Below are positions 39,994-53,482 of a DNA stretch of 60,177 nt, in pieces. The position numbers were made by a program, and so were the translations under genes. The notes below the pieces were generated by a model. It worked only from the letters and a program-made list of their open reading frames with translations, was not told the DNA's origin and ran no database searches. Where the stretch lies: NCBI GenBank assembly GCA_043381765.1, contig JBHJMP010000835.1:1-60177 (forward strand). Direction: 5' to 3'. How positions within the stretch are numbered: position 1 is the first letter of the stretch; each line of letters starts with the position of its first letter. This stretch comes from Collodictyon triciliatum. Lineage: Eukaryota.

Positions 39994-40493
39994 AATAGAG
40001 CCTTGTAAAAAGAAGAAACCCCAAATGTGATAATTGCAGGAAGTTTCTGTGGATAACCCCTCTGAGAAACCGCGTGATGTGGACACAAGGGAGTCGTATC
40101 AATCAATAAAGGAATGAATAAATTAATGAAACATCCTTGCATTTGTGTGTCCCAATTGTATTCGCAGAGATGCTGCCATAATAAAAGAAACCAAACGTGT
40201 ATCAGCCCATTTATCATCAAATCATTTCTCTCTGGTGATGGTTTTATAAATTTGTAATATAAAACAAATTTAATAATCACAGTATCCGATGAATGCCACA
40301 AAAACTGTTGTTTTAAACAAAATATTAAATTGCGTTATTATATCATCTTCAGATATCATATAATGAAACTGTAAACTTGTGTGAGAAATTAGTTTATGCT
40401 CCCGTTTTAGCACCCTTTTCCCTTTCATTTTTGCTTTGCACATAAGTGAGTCTTAACTGATAAAGGATATGGCCACGTCCTTCGGCTTTGAAA

Positions 40494-43400
40494 TCACGAC
40501 TTCCCTGTTCCCTTCTTCTTTGGTGCAGGATTCGCTCGTGCGGCTGTCTTTGACTTTGGCCGGTCACCATCTTTTCCATCGCGCTCTTTCTCGCGGCTCA
40601 AAGAGCGGTCTTTAGCATCTTTTCCACCTGCAGAGGCATCTGCATTGAGAACTGCAGCCTGAATCCGCTGCGATTCAAGCATCTTGTAGTATTCATCCAC
40701 CGTTGATACAAGCCCAGGCCGGTCCACGAGCACAACATCCTCAACAGCGATTCGTGGGTTGTTCTATAAAGTTTAAAATCCGCCGTTATCATTTATTTAT
40801 TTATTTATTTTTACTCTATTACATTGCGCCATTATTTGGATATCTATTTACTCTCCTGCCTTCTTCTTTGGTGTTTTTTTTTTCTGTTTGACATAAGAGG
40901 ACAAATTGATTGTTGAGTGTGGCTTGAGTGTGTTATTACGGTGGGTGTTTGTAGGGTGTTTGTGAAGCTGAATCCGGTTGATGGAGTCGCCGGGACTGTG
41001 AGTTGTGTGTTTGCTGCTGTTGGGCCTGGAATGGATGGAGAAAACCAAGGAAGGTTGTACCGCTCGCAGACTTTGCGCAGCTCGCGTACGGAAAGGTTGG
41101 GAATATCCTCTGCCTGTATTTTAAATTACGACAGTTCCTTTTCAATTCAATTTATGCATATTAAAAAGAAGAAGAAAAAAAAAAGTAATTATTCCAAACG
41201 GCCTCAATAAAATGGACACATCGAACGAGAAGCCAAACCTTAATCTTTTCAGGGCTGAATACAGGCGTATAAACACGTTCTTCCACCTAAAAATAAAATA
41301 AAATAAAGAAAAAGCATGAAATATAATGCTAATGAAGAAAATGAAGAAGAAAACACTGTCAGGCGATATATCAGACAGCCCAAATAACGTGAGATGGATA
41401 ATTAGAATAAGAAGAAAAAAAAAGGGAAGCACCAACAATTCAAAACAATTCAAATTAAGTTCAAATTAAGTTAACATTATATTTGGTAAAGGACTAGCTA
41501 TAATTACCTTTTCGCTTGTTGCTTTTTTGAGGGCAGCCTCTGCCTCTTCAGCCGCGTTGTTTGCATCTTGTATAGCAATTTTGGCCAGGTCCAAAATTTG
41601 ATGAATATTTGATGAGCATGTCGAGTTAAAACAAAAGATTGCGTCATGGGCAGCCTTTCGAGCACGGAAAACAACCTCTACAAACGAATCTGCTTTTCGT
41701 GGATTCATCTCGAAGATTGGCTGGGAAATCGCGGCATATGATACAAAAAAAAAAAAAAATTAATTGTGATAGATTATTTTTGCCGTTAATTATATTATGA
41801 GTGCATTAGTCAAGGAGAGGCAAGTGTGTGATGGAATCGTAGACATATTTTAGAACGTAGAAAAGGGAAAATGAAATAAGAATAAAGAAAGTATGGTTTT
41901 TTTCTTTTGGTATAAACCTGGTTCACACCCTGCACATACTCCGAATATGTGCAATCTGTCTGAATCATCCATGACCGCAACGCCATTTTTATGCCTTGGT
42001 CAGTTTGTGCGATTGCGCCGCTTGGGGATTCGGTCAATCGTCTTTTAAAATAAAAAAAATCAGTTGGCACTCACTCATGAATGTGAATAAGCTTAAATGC
42101 AATAGTCTTCTAATTCAGCCGAAACTGAAATGAATATAGAAGCGTTTGATAGAGTGTAATATTTTAATCACATTAATGAATTGAAATTGTAGTATATATC
42201 AGTAGCTTTACGTTGTGGTGGAGTACGAAAATGAGGATGATGAAGCGCTTCTTGTGACTGGACTTTGTGCGCGATTTTCTGCAGGTGATATTGGGCGAGC
42301 TTCGGGTGTAACCGTGCGTGAGTCTGGCAAGTTCGCCTGGAGAAGCAATGTGGTATATTCCATTGGCTCATCGGAGGCAGTTTTCTGTTATAGTGTATGT
42401 TTAAAAAAAAAACCTTCTTTCAGGCAAAAGTCACAAAATTATTTGAACTATGCAAATTTTATGGGAGTAAATAAATATGCTTTTGAGAGCAAGCGTTCAC
42501 TGACACAATGAGGGGGAAAACAAGTAAATCAAAATCAAAATCAAAATCAAAATCAAAATCAAAATCAAAATCAAAATCAAAATCAAAATCAAAATCAAAA
42601 TCAAAATCAAAATCAAAATCAAAATGAAAAAGAAAACGAAAACGAAAAAGGAACAGAAAAAAGGCCAAGTGATGAATCAAAAGAACGAAGACGCAGAGAA
42701 AAAGAAAGGGAAAATGAGAACTAGACAGAACAAACATCAAGATTTTAAACTTCATTTTGACATGTTGAGAAAAGTATATATATACAAATATAACGTACAT
42801 CCCAACAATAAATTCCTGTTCTCTTCGACACTAAAAGTGGTAAGATTCTAATGGTTATTCTTGCATAAAGTTTTTATCAGTTATTTATATTATTTTTAAA
42901 AGAAAACTAAACACAGAAATCAGAAAACAAATAATGTATACCCTGTTGCTCGTTCATGTAAAAGCCCTCAAACCAGCACTTCTTCTCAGACCAATACTGA
43001 CAACCATACCTATTTCGTTTTTTAAAAAAAAACAACCATCACAACAATAATTGCATAATCAAAAACAATTAAATAAATGAACAAAACAGAATTAAATATC
43101 AGGCACAGACAAAAAAAAATCCTGATACAATCCAAAATTAAGTAGCAAAAACAATAATATATACTTAAAAATAGCAATAAAATGTTGAAAAAATGATTGC
43201 AAACATCCAGGGGTTTTTTTTTAAAAAAAAAAGAAGAGTAATAAAAACAAAAACACCACTGAGCATTTTCCGAGAGGCATACCCGTCATGTTGCCCACCC
43301 GCCCACTCGCCAGCGTAGTAGTCCCCATTATCGCAGACATGCACGCCAAAGCCAGCAATCGCATCGGTCATAAACGAGCCACGATAATACGCGCCTTTCT

Positions 43401-44148
43401 TGGGCCACTGCAGAATCCCACGCCCGTGCCGCCGTCCGATGCAGAACTCGCCATCGTAGACAAACGCAGCGTCCTTCTCTGCCGCAGCGCCTCTCGAATG
43501 CTGCAGCGATGCAGAGCCGTGTGCTCGCCTTTGCATCGCATGATCAAACGTCTTTGCCGGCTGCGTGAGTCGTCCGCGTCCGTGCGGCTGATCTTCAATC
43601 CAATCCCCCGCATAAACGCGCCCGTCCGGGAAACGCTGAACGCCGCTTCCAAAGCGCCGATCCTCTCGAAAGTCCCCCCGATAAACACTCCCGTCTGCAA
43701 AGCGCAAAACTCCCACGCCGTGTGCCGCTACAATCGGCTGCGTCTGAGGCTGCGTCTGCGACTGTGGCCCGCTCTTTGTCTCGTTTGCCGACTTCACTCG
43801 CGACTCAGTACGCACCTGTTTGGTTGAAAGGCGCTGAGTACGTAGTTCCGGCCGGCAAGGCAAAGCAAAGCAAAGCAAAGCAAAGCAAAGCAAAACAGAC
43901 AAGGAAGCGAAACAAAATGACAGCTGAGTCGTGTAGGCTGAGTCGAGTATTACTTGTCCCGTGTAAGACGCTCGGCCAAAGGGATCGTCTGCTGCATAGA
44001 TGATTGTGTCCAGGCGAAAGCCGATGTCTGGCTGGGCTGTGGTGACTGGACGTGTGCTGGCGCTGCTAGGATTGAGGCTGCTGCTTTTCTTGGGCTCTGT
44101 GGCGTCTTTCCCTTCCTGCTTTGGTTCTTTTGCCTGCTTGCTGCTCAT
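40494..44148 (-). CDS. MORN-repeat protein, multi-exon
   Basis: HGVGVLRFADGSVYRGDFREDRRFGSGVQRFPDGRVYAGDWIEDQPHGRG...YDGEF...YYAGEWAGGQHDG; downstream exons traced in frame to a basic C-terminus ...KKKGTGKS-TGA. Confidence 0.85.
42526..42624. repeat. (AAAATC)n microsatellite in an intron
   Basis: Directly visible. Confidence 0.9.
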
Positions 44149-44678
44149 CCTCACCACAGCTCGGTCTCTCCTGTGCGGTGGGCTGTGGCATAAGTTCGTT
44201 TGTTTGTTAGCATATTTATTCATTCATTTGTTTGTTTTGTTTGTTTTGTTTGTTTTGTTTGTTTTGTTTGTTTTGTTTGTTTTGTTTGTTTTGTTTGTTT
44301 TGTTTGTTTTGTTTGTTTTGTTTGTTTTTTTGATTTGTTTATTTGTTTATTTGGTTTTTCCTTTTGTTTATACATTCTGACGTACTATGAGCACAATAAC
44401 CTTCTCGTGCGTCTGACAGGCTATTTGATCCTCGAAGAAAAATAAAGCCAAAAAAAAAGGCAGATGGGTGATTCTGAAAGCGAGAGTGAACACGCCTTCC
44501 TTTATAGAGTCCTTTCAAAATGTAATCGTCGTGCTGTGTATATTTTGTCACAATTATTATAGACGATTAAATCATCATAAACGAAATTACTGTTCTGCTC
44601 CAAAAGCATTAATTTTTTGTTTCATTTCATTTCCATTATTTTTCAATAGCTCATTGTTTTATCTTTTAAAGGGTCTAT

Positions 44679-47600
44679 TTATTCATGATAATTGCGAGGG
44701 CTGTCGATTTCCGGCGCAGCAGGCTGTACAGTGATTTGCCTTGTTACTACATTGCGTTCAAAAAATGGTCTAATGAACGCTAAAGTGAACGCAGTTGCGA
44801 GCCAGAGGGCATTTAAACCAATAAGTAGCCCGGTTATCCATTCTTGAGAACCAAGGAAACTTGAGAGGAGCACCAAAAACAAAGAGAGAAAAATAACATA
44901 CAAGCTTGATAATTCAAGATTGTTTTCAAGGTCTGAATTGTAAGGGCGGTGCTCTCGTTGCATCCAGATGGATGCCTTTAGACAATAAAAACGAAACAAA
45001 ACAAAAATACATCGATGGTGTTTAGAAATGGTCAAAATGACATAAAAGAATACTTATATTTTAAGTGTAAATGAAAAAACAAACCTGGATGATAATGACC
45101 AAAAAGAGAAACAAAACTGTTGGATGTGTATATGGTATGACACTGACAAAGAAAGAAAATGCCACCCGCCTTGCTATAATAATAAATTCCCAGTGCTTGC
45201 AGTTCTATATTCGAAAAAAAAACTTTAAAAAAATTATGTTTTTTCAAGAGCATATAATCCGAGTAATTTTTTTTTTAAAAAAAAAAAGGGTCAAGCATCA
45301 CGCTTTCAGCATGCTACTTACATATTTATATGGAAGGTAAATAAATCCGTAACGTCCTTTTGTCTGGCTGTCTGATTTTTCTTCGCTTTTTTTTACCACA
45401 GACCATGTATAGAGAGGAAATCCGATTATGAATATCACCAGAATAAGAAAGGAAACACCAAGCATATTGGAGTATTCTTCAGAATACGGACTGCATTTAA
45501 TCCAAGGGGCGTAGTTCAAGTACCAAGTTTCGTCCCCCTCATCAAAAAGTGGGGGGCCCATAAACACCAAAAACCTCTTTTGCCATGGAGTAGTAGATAA
45601 AGAATAGAAGGTTCAGATTTATGAAAATAACCTACATTTAGAAAAATTATCCTTGTCATTTATGTGCATTTTCCAAACCCAACACCAGAAAATGAATGCA
45701 ATGATATAAAATAATTGACAATTTTTTACATTAAGTATCTAATTTTTTTAAAAAAAAATTAGAGAGAAAGACTATTTATACCTTGTCTTTCATCTTACTT
45801 GAGCCGAATGCATATACCATAAATGCAACCATTATGAATATTGGAATTCTGACAAAGCTTAAGAGTAGTGCGTAAAGTGGACTGGATGAGCCGATCATGC
45901 ATGATGTGTTTGGAGAAATTATAGAACCAAGAGAAAAGAGTACATAGATGACGCTACTTTCATTTTCCGGCGAGGCTATTCCAGAGGATATTACCGATAT
46001 GGTTTGCGCGTGAAATAGGATGATTCTGATCTTGGCTTTTATTGTATTGAATCAAATTTTAAAATCAAATAGCTATTATATGTATAAATAGATTTGATAA
46101 AAATAAATCATTAAAAAAAAAAGACAAAATGAAGATAGAGTGTAAAAAAACCTGTTTTTGACGTTTCAGTGAAATAATAGTAGGCCAAATATAAACAAAA
46201 TGCGGTGACACCGATGATAACTGTCAAGTAAATCGTCACATCTTGACACTTTGTGCAACCCCTTCCTTGTCTTCCATACCCATCAGAACATTCAGAGCAC
46301 CCATGACCTTGGAAACCAAGAGTGCATAAGCGCGTGATATTTGGATTGGTGTTCGTAAATGTACTTCTCTTCGAAATTTCTGTTATACAAGAATCAGGAC
46401 GAGAGCAAGGAATTATGGTTTTTATATTTTCGACATTTGGTGAAGCAAAACATTTTCTCAAGGATATTCCATCAACACAATCACACCCCCTCGGACAACG
46501 CACACATTTGTTTCCAAATCCAAAGTAGTTTGGAAGGCATTCGCACAAAATGTGGTCATAGTAAGATGGATTCAGTCCAACCTTAACCTTTTCGAATCCT
46601 GGCTGAAGTATGATGGAAGGGCACAAAAAAGATTCCGTTTTATCATTTAAAGTAAATGGATTTCCATAGCTCATGAATTCTGGGAGTATGGGACTACCTC
46701 CATGATTCATACTCGGGCAATCGAGTCCCAAGTATTCAATTTTTGTAAATCTATCATAAGAATTAGGAACCTTTCCTTTGATTGGATTTCCCGATACGTC
46801 AAATACTTCCCATTTCAACAGACTGGTGAGCTCTCCAAGACCTGATATCTTGTTATTACGAGCACTAAACGTTTTCAAGGTCAAAACATAGTCAAATATC
46901 CACCAATTTATTTCACCAGCCAGCGAATTGTCATCGAGCAACAGGGTCTGGTAAGCGTAGTTTAGGTCATCACTGTTTGGTGATATAAAGCTACCAATAT
47001 CCCCAGAGAACGAATTGTTTCTCAAATCTATCAGAATGAGATCGGCGAGATTCCAAAAGTAAATTGGCATACTGCCATATATCTTGTTATGCCCCAAGTT
47101 GATGGATTTAAGTGTGTAGAGTCCTTGAAAAAAGTCTGGAACAGTTCCGATTATGGAGTTTCTCGATAAATCAATGTCTTGTAATGATGTAGTATCCCAA
47201 GAATATGGAAAACTGCCCAATATTTGGTTTTCACTAAGGTCTAGTCTTTTCAAAAGCGTCAGGTTGAATACTGGAAGTGAGCCTCCTAAACTATTTCTGA
47301 AAAGCACAATTTCTTGGATGCAGGGACACTCAGCAAAATTTGAAATTGGGCCAGAAAGCTGGTTGTCATATGCTGAAAACACTAGCATATTTGTTACATT
47401 GGAAAATATTGGAATGGACCCTATTAATCATCAAGTCTCCATATATTAGGTTTTAACTATACTCCAAATGTTTTCGAATCGAATAAAGGGGGAAATCATA
47501 GACCACATATATGGATTTATTTAATCAGGTTTACACCATTTATATTGTTTCCGGATATATCCAAAGTAGTCAGAAAAATCAAATGGCTAAAGTTTGGAAG

Positions 47601-49393
47601 AACTCCTATGAAAATGGTGTAGATTATGTGAGTTATTCAAAAAATTACAGTCTGATGTTCAAATCCTTCCAAAAAAAAAAGGGGAAGGAGCCCGACAAAG
47701 TAAACGTTACCTTCAAGGTTATTATTTGAAATGTTTATGATATTTGAATTTGGAAAGTGCTGGAAATCAGGTATAGTTCCTACTCAATTTTTTTTTTTTT
47801 TGTAAATGTTAATGAATTTCAATCTAAACAATATTTACTTGCTCTATGCCTATCATTAAGATAAATGCATATGATGCAGTGATCTGAAAAATGAAAAGAA
47901 AAACCTGTCATTAAGTTACTTTGGAGATATATTTCCACAACACTAGAAATCTTGTCGAAAGAAGGAATCGAACCTTTCAAATGAAAAAGACGCATATTAA
48001 TGTTAATTAGTACTTTCAGTGAATGCTTTTCGGCACACTGATTGCCTTAGCAAATAATATATTATAGAAAATACACCCCACCTCTGAGTTTATTGCTTGA
48101 GAAGTAAATCAACGTTACAAATGGCAAATCACTGAAGTTAGATATACCTACAATTCATTTTTTCTATAAATTCAAATGAATTAAATAAATATTCGGTTAT
48201 TTCTCTTCATAAGTTACAAAATAGTAGTTAACTGTCAATATTGGTGTTATATATCCCCAGAATATCGACGTTCGGGATTCCGAGGAAATTCGGTAGCATT
48301 CCTTTTTTTCAAAAACAATTCAAGTTAATAAATAAAAGTAGTAGAGGTTGCATAAAAGGGAATTAAGGATAACCGTGAATCCGGCGACTGGAACCTATCC
48401 AGAGAACACTTATCAATGGTATTCCCGTAAAATTTGGGATGGTCCCCTCCAATAAATTTCCATCGATTTCCAAATTATTTATCTTTGGAATTCCTTGGAA
48501 ATTTGGAATCGTACCAGTTATTTGGTTTCCATAAAGATTTATGTACTCGATCGACGGAAGGTTAAAATCTGTCAATCTCCCAAATATTGCATTGAAACTG
48601 ATGTCGATGTTAGTCAGGAACATGAGATTCTCAGCAATTAGTTTAAACTGATGAATATCGCCATCTAAATTATTCCCAGATAGTTGCAAACCAATAACAG
48701 GACAAGTATCCACCTGTGCAATATAAAGTTATTACATGCATATGTTTCAAAAAAAAAAACTAAAAATATGAATACAATTAAGAGATATAGTTTATCGATT
48801 TAAATCAAAGTATGCCTCTTCATTTGAGCACTTTGGGTCACAGATGACTCCAAACCAATCACAAATCGAAGTGGTCGCGTTTTTCCAACCGTGGCTGTAA
48901 AACCAGCTTTCACCCCCAAATGAACTATACAGTTGTAATAGATGGGCTCTATCCCCCCTTGGGTCGCTTTTAGGCTGACTCGCTGGCGAATATGGTATAT
49001 CAGCATGGTTTTCAATATTCCTTTCTTTTAAATAACCATCTATTTTCGTCCCCTTGTCATTTAGGCTACCTTTCGAGTCATGAGAATGATCTTCATAACC
49101 TTTCGGATATGAGGGATTTTGTGCCATATGAAAAGAAGGGTGTCCTCCTTCTCTTCCTGAATAATGCTGATTGAGAGTACATATATCGCTATGCATTTGC
49201 ATTAGTAAATTCAGCACATCCTGTGAACTCAATGACATGAGTTCAATTTGACTGAAGTTGCATCCAGATATTGCACTTTTTCTACGTATTAAATCAACAC
49301 GAGGTTAAAAAGTGGGAAAAGCAATTCTATCTAGATATAATTTTACTCGCTCCTGGGAATTGATGAAGAACTGCCGATCGATAAAATCGCCAT
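44679..49393 (-). CDS. LRR receptor-like protein: LRRNT cap, plant-type LRRs, Cys-rich linker, C-terminal multi-TM module; true start uncertain (hydrophobic stretch extends to ~49430)
   Basis: DRAHLLQLYSSFGGESW...ICDWFGVIC cap; LxLxxNxLxGxIP repeats; CTLGFQGHGCSECSDGYGRQGRGCTKC; KIRIILFHAQT; YLNYAPWIKC; RPYNSDLENNLE and TM helices; no kinase domain. Confidence 0.85.
47455..47510 (+). mobile_element. Short dispersed element, copy C, with degenerate duplication
   Basis: tttcgaatcgaataaagggggaa between aactatactccaaatgt and aatcatagaccacatat (11/17 identical). Confidence 0.6.
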
Positions 49394-50162
49394 GAAGCCA
49401 AGCAGAAATGAACCAAGGATATAGTTTCTTGCAATGGTAGAAGATTAACGATGAAATGAAAAATCAAAATAATTAATTAACCATATGTTTATCCAGATAT
49501 TTTGGAATTGCTCTATGTACCTCTTATTCTTTATTAATTTAAAATCTCTTGAATTTTCGGTGCAATCCAAATATCCTGTGTGGGAACAAGCTATTTCAGT
49601 TGCATCGTATAGCATAATATGATTGATAAAAATAATTTCGTTTCTATTATAAATTCAATTATCCGATTTTTTTTGTATTTAATTAAGAGACCTTGTTTGA
49701 ATCGAAAATATTCATCGCGATTAGGCTATAGTTTAAGCTTCATTAAAATTTCGAATATTGCAATTTTTTAATAAATATACAAACGCTTACTTCCATGATA
49801 ATCCTAGTAGGTTTCGAATATAATAAAGAAAAAAAATATTCCTAGCTGGATAGAAAGGAATATCACGGTAACGAACCTATTAAAAATTCATCACAGTTCA
49901 ATGTAAAATTGCTCTGAGAAATTTATTGAATAAATCATCACTCAGCTTACAGTTTAAAAACATAATGAAAATTGGTTATATTAAACAAATATTGGTACAT
50001 TAAACTCAACATTAAAATGGTGTTTTAATTTATCCAAGATTTCTTTGAGTTGATAACGAAAGAAGAAAGAAGAAATAAAATTCTAAAATTCTAAAATTGT
50101 AAGGTTGATTTTTAATGGACAAAACAACGACCAATAGAATTCTTACCAGGGCAAACTCTCTT

Positions 50163-50521
50163 NNNNNNNNNNNNNNNNNNNNNNNNNNNNNNNNNNNNNN
50201 NNNNNNNNNNNNNNNNNNNNNNNNNNNNNNNNNNNNNNNNNNNNNNNNNNNNNNNNNNNNNNNNNNNNNNNNNNNNNNNNNNNNNNNNNNNNNNNNNNNN
50301 NNNNNNNNNNNNNNNNNNNNNNNNNNNNNNNNNNNNNNNNNNNNNNNNNNNNNNNNNNNNNNNNNNNNNNNNNNNNNNNNNNNNNNNNNNNNNNNNNNNN
50401 NNNNNNNNNNNNNNNNNNNNNNNNNNNNNNNNNNNNNNNNNNNNNNNNNNNNNNNNNNNNNNNNNNNNNNNNNNNNNNNNNNNNNNNNNNNNNNNNNNNN
50501 NNNNNNNNNNNNNNNNNNNNN
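50163..50521. other. Assembly gap (N run)
   Basis: Ns in the sequence. Confidence 1.
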
Positions 50522-51877
50522 TGATGTTGCTATTGATATTATAACGCTAGTAATGAAACTGAATACACCAACAGGACGTTTTTTGTAATATTTATCATGC
50601 ATGGGTTTATAAGGGTAGGGTGTCTCAAGCTAATTAGAGGAATTTCACAATCAACTAACTTGTTACATTTATTGGTGAATTAACTCGTATACGTGATTGG
50701 TTTGTTTGTTTGTTTTTTTTAATAAAAATACGAATACAAAAACCCTCGAAAATTGATATTTCCACATTTCATTAATTCAGGTATTGACGAGAGCTTTCAG
50801 TCATGATTTTGCCCCAGTAGCCATGGGGTCTCAGTTTCTTTTAACTATGGGCAATGGTATGATCATTTAGATACCTTCAAATTAATGAATGGAAAATAAA
50901 TAAATAAATAAAAACAAACAAATAAATAAATAAAGAATAAACAAAAAACAAAAAACAAAAAAAATAAAAATAAAAAATAAAAAATAACGAAAAAATATCA
51001 TACTATCACAATCAAGCACAAAGCCGCATTCTCAACCCCTTTTTTCGATCAAGATACACGGAACTGTTACACCCCAACACACAGAACGCAACGGACTCAT
51101 ATCGCGCTGCCTCAAGATCGTTGCGTTCAAACTCGATATGCCCTTCAATCAGGGTGCTGTGACCCGCGGCCACGACTCAGCAAGTGCAATCTCGAGGACG
51201 ATAGAACCTAGTTTGTCAACTAACTTTCCTCTTGCGTCTGCATCCTTCTACCGAGTGCCGGCCAACTTGTGATCAACAAAAGTGAGGACGGACATCTCTG
51301 AACTGCCTTTGTGGAGCGGATCAGATCTTTTGATGGGTGATCGGCGCGTGACTGCATGTTTGTGTGGCTGAACCGTTTTCCCTGGATTAATATGGTAACC
51401 TGCTCCGGTTGCGCTTTGGGATTGAATCTGTGTCCTATATTCCTACAGGCGGTGGATTGGGACGCAAATGGCCCATAATGGTTGGCGAGATACAAGGGAG
51501 CGATATAGAAATGGATAAGTGGTGTGTTGTGTTGTGTTGTATGCTGGACTGGGCGGATAGAAAGAGTAGGATGATGGCGGAGGGGAAGAAAAGAGAGGGT
51601 AGGGTGATACTTCTGGGGTGGGATTTTTTGTTTGTTTTTGTTTTTTGCCCAATGCGATGAAATAAAGGAGACCTATTTAATATTTCGTGAAATGTCAAGT
51701 ATTTATTACCCAAGTGCAAGGCTAAGAGATGATATAGTATTTGCTATAGCCTCCTCTCATTCATCTACTTCGTGTTTTCATCTTTTCTCTCTTTTTTCTG
51801 AATTTAAACATGATTTTTAAGTGTATTTTGGAACAACTGGGGCAGTAGCAATGCCCTGGTCAATTTCATTTTCTTAT

Positions 51878-53006
51878 TTACTCTTTATCTTCTTCATCAC
51901 TGCCATAATCTGCAAGAGAAAAAAGCGTGTTGGTGTTGCTTTCAAGGGATGGCCCTTTCTCTCCTATTTGGACAATCTTGTTCACCTTTTCTTTTTTACC
52001 CCCTTTCTCTTTCATCTTTGTTGCCTTCTTCACAACCACAGTGTGAATCATCGTTGGCTTCTTCGGTTTCTTGCTCTGTGCCTCCGGGGAATCTGCAAAA
52101 CTTGGTAACTCTACGGTTGATGCAACTATTTGCCTATTCGCCCCCTTTGACTTCAATTGAACCTCTCTCTGATGCCGAAGGAACAAAAAGACAAGAAAAA
52201 CGAGTGAGTTGTTTGCTGGATGAAAGTATGACGAGTACAGACGAATATTGAATGAACAGGTTTCAATGGAAAATGCTCATGCAAGAAGCTGAATGGTGGT
52301 TTGTACAAGAGTTTATTCAAGAGGTGATAGATCCAACTGGGAATATACAATTGTAATGGAACAGAGTGGAAAAAGAAAGAGAAATAAGCCACCAGCTCCA
52401 AAATACCACAAATAAAAATAGTTTGCGTTTGTTGCTGCTTCCTACCTCAAACATGTCCAGGTATTTGCGCTCCTCTTCCTCTTGGAGTCTCTTCTGTGCA
52501 CGCTCTTGTTCTTCCAGTTGATTAAGAAACCCCACCTCTTCGGCATCCAGTGCTTTTGGTGGGCCTGCAACGTCAGCGTGTCAATACAGGTTTGAAGATT
52601 ATGGTACAGACATGGCAATGCTTCCATTTGATATTAGGAGGGGCGCTACCTACGGAATGCGTTGTGCTGCTCTTTATACTGCTGCTCTTCCTTGACTTTG
52701 TTCTCTTCAAGTTGTGTGTAAAGCGGCTTTGCTGCTTCGTCTCGGATGCGCGGCCCAGAAATACCAAGCTTTTCCCGCTCCTCCTTCAAAACTTTCTCAC
52801 TCACAAACTGCATCGCTTGCCCGCGGAACTAGTAGCAGCAACAATATATAATAGCATTACTTATGGTGTGTGTTGAACAGAAGAAAACTGAATGAAAAGA
52901 AATGGATGAAATGAAAGGTGTCTCGTTGGTGTTTATTCAAGCAACGGCAGAAGGCCGGCTTTGATCTATAGGTTGAGGCAGTCGTTTTCTCAGTCAGATT
53001 TACCAT
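51878..53006 (-). CDS. PSME3IP1: PSME3-interacting protein / FAM192A / Fyv6 (NIP30) homolog
   Basis: ATG|GTAAAT at 53006, then FRGQAMQFVSEKVLKEEREK...KPLYTQLEENKVKEEQQYKEQHNAF|RPPKALDAEEVGFLNQLEEQER; acidic C-terminus SLADYGSDEEDKE*. Confidence 0.8.
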
Positions 53007-53046
53007 TTTTTCTATTGTTCGATTCAAAGCTCTTCAGATCCACCAT
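52989..53046 (-). mobile_element. Short dispersed element, copy D (minus orientation), with ~17-bp degenerate duplication
   Basis: Minus strand: atggtggatctgaagag [ctttgaatcgaacaatagaaaaa] atggtaaatctgactgag. Confidence 0.6.
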
Positions 53047-53482
53047 AAAAGCGTGAAAAATAACTGTGTGCCGATGCATCGATATAAATTCCACAAATGT
53101 ATCAAAATCTGAATCCAATCCAAATGTGGATTTAAAATTCACTGAAAATGCTGTCAATTTTGATTCTAGCTGGTTCGCAGCTAAACACCGCTACAATTAG
53201 CAAACGCCACAATCCTCGATATGAAACTCGAGTTGATCATCAAATCATCAAATCAAGTCAAGTCAAGTCAAGTCAAGTCAAATCAAATCAAATCAAATCA
53301 AATCAAATCAAATCAAAAAAAAAAAAGACAAAAAAAGCAGCAATGATGGAACGAGCAAAGCAGCGCACAAGAAGGAGAATTTTGGTAGAGACGCTTGCTA
53401 AATAGTCTGAACGAGGAAAGAAAAGACTTGCAAGTGAGCTGACCCTCGACTGTTAACTGTTTCCCATAGAGCATTTTTGAAG

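Noticed and set aside
40461-40470. ATATCCTTT (AT-AC donor) on the minus strand
   Set aside because: It lies in the 3' UTR of the MORN gene, and I found no TCCTTAAC-like branch/AC partner.
51190-51235. RNase P/MRP-like GAGGAAAGT on the minus strand
   Set aside because: No complementary P4 partner strand found.
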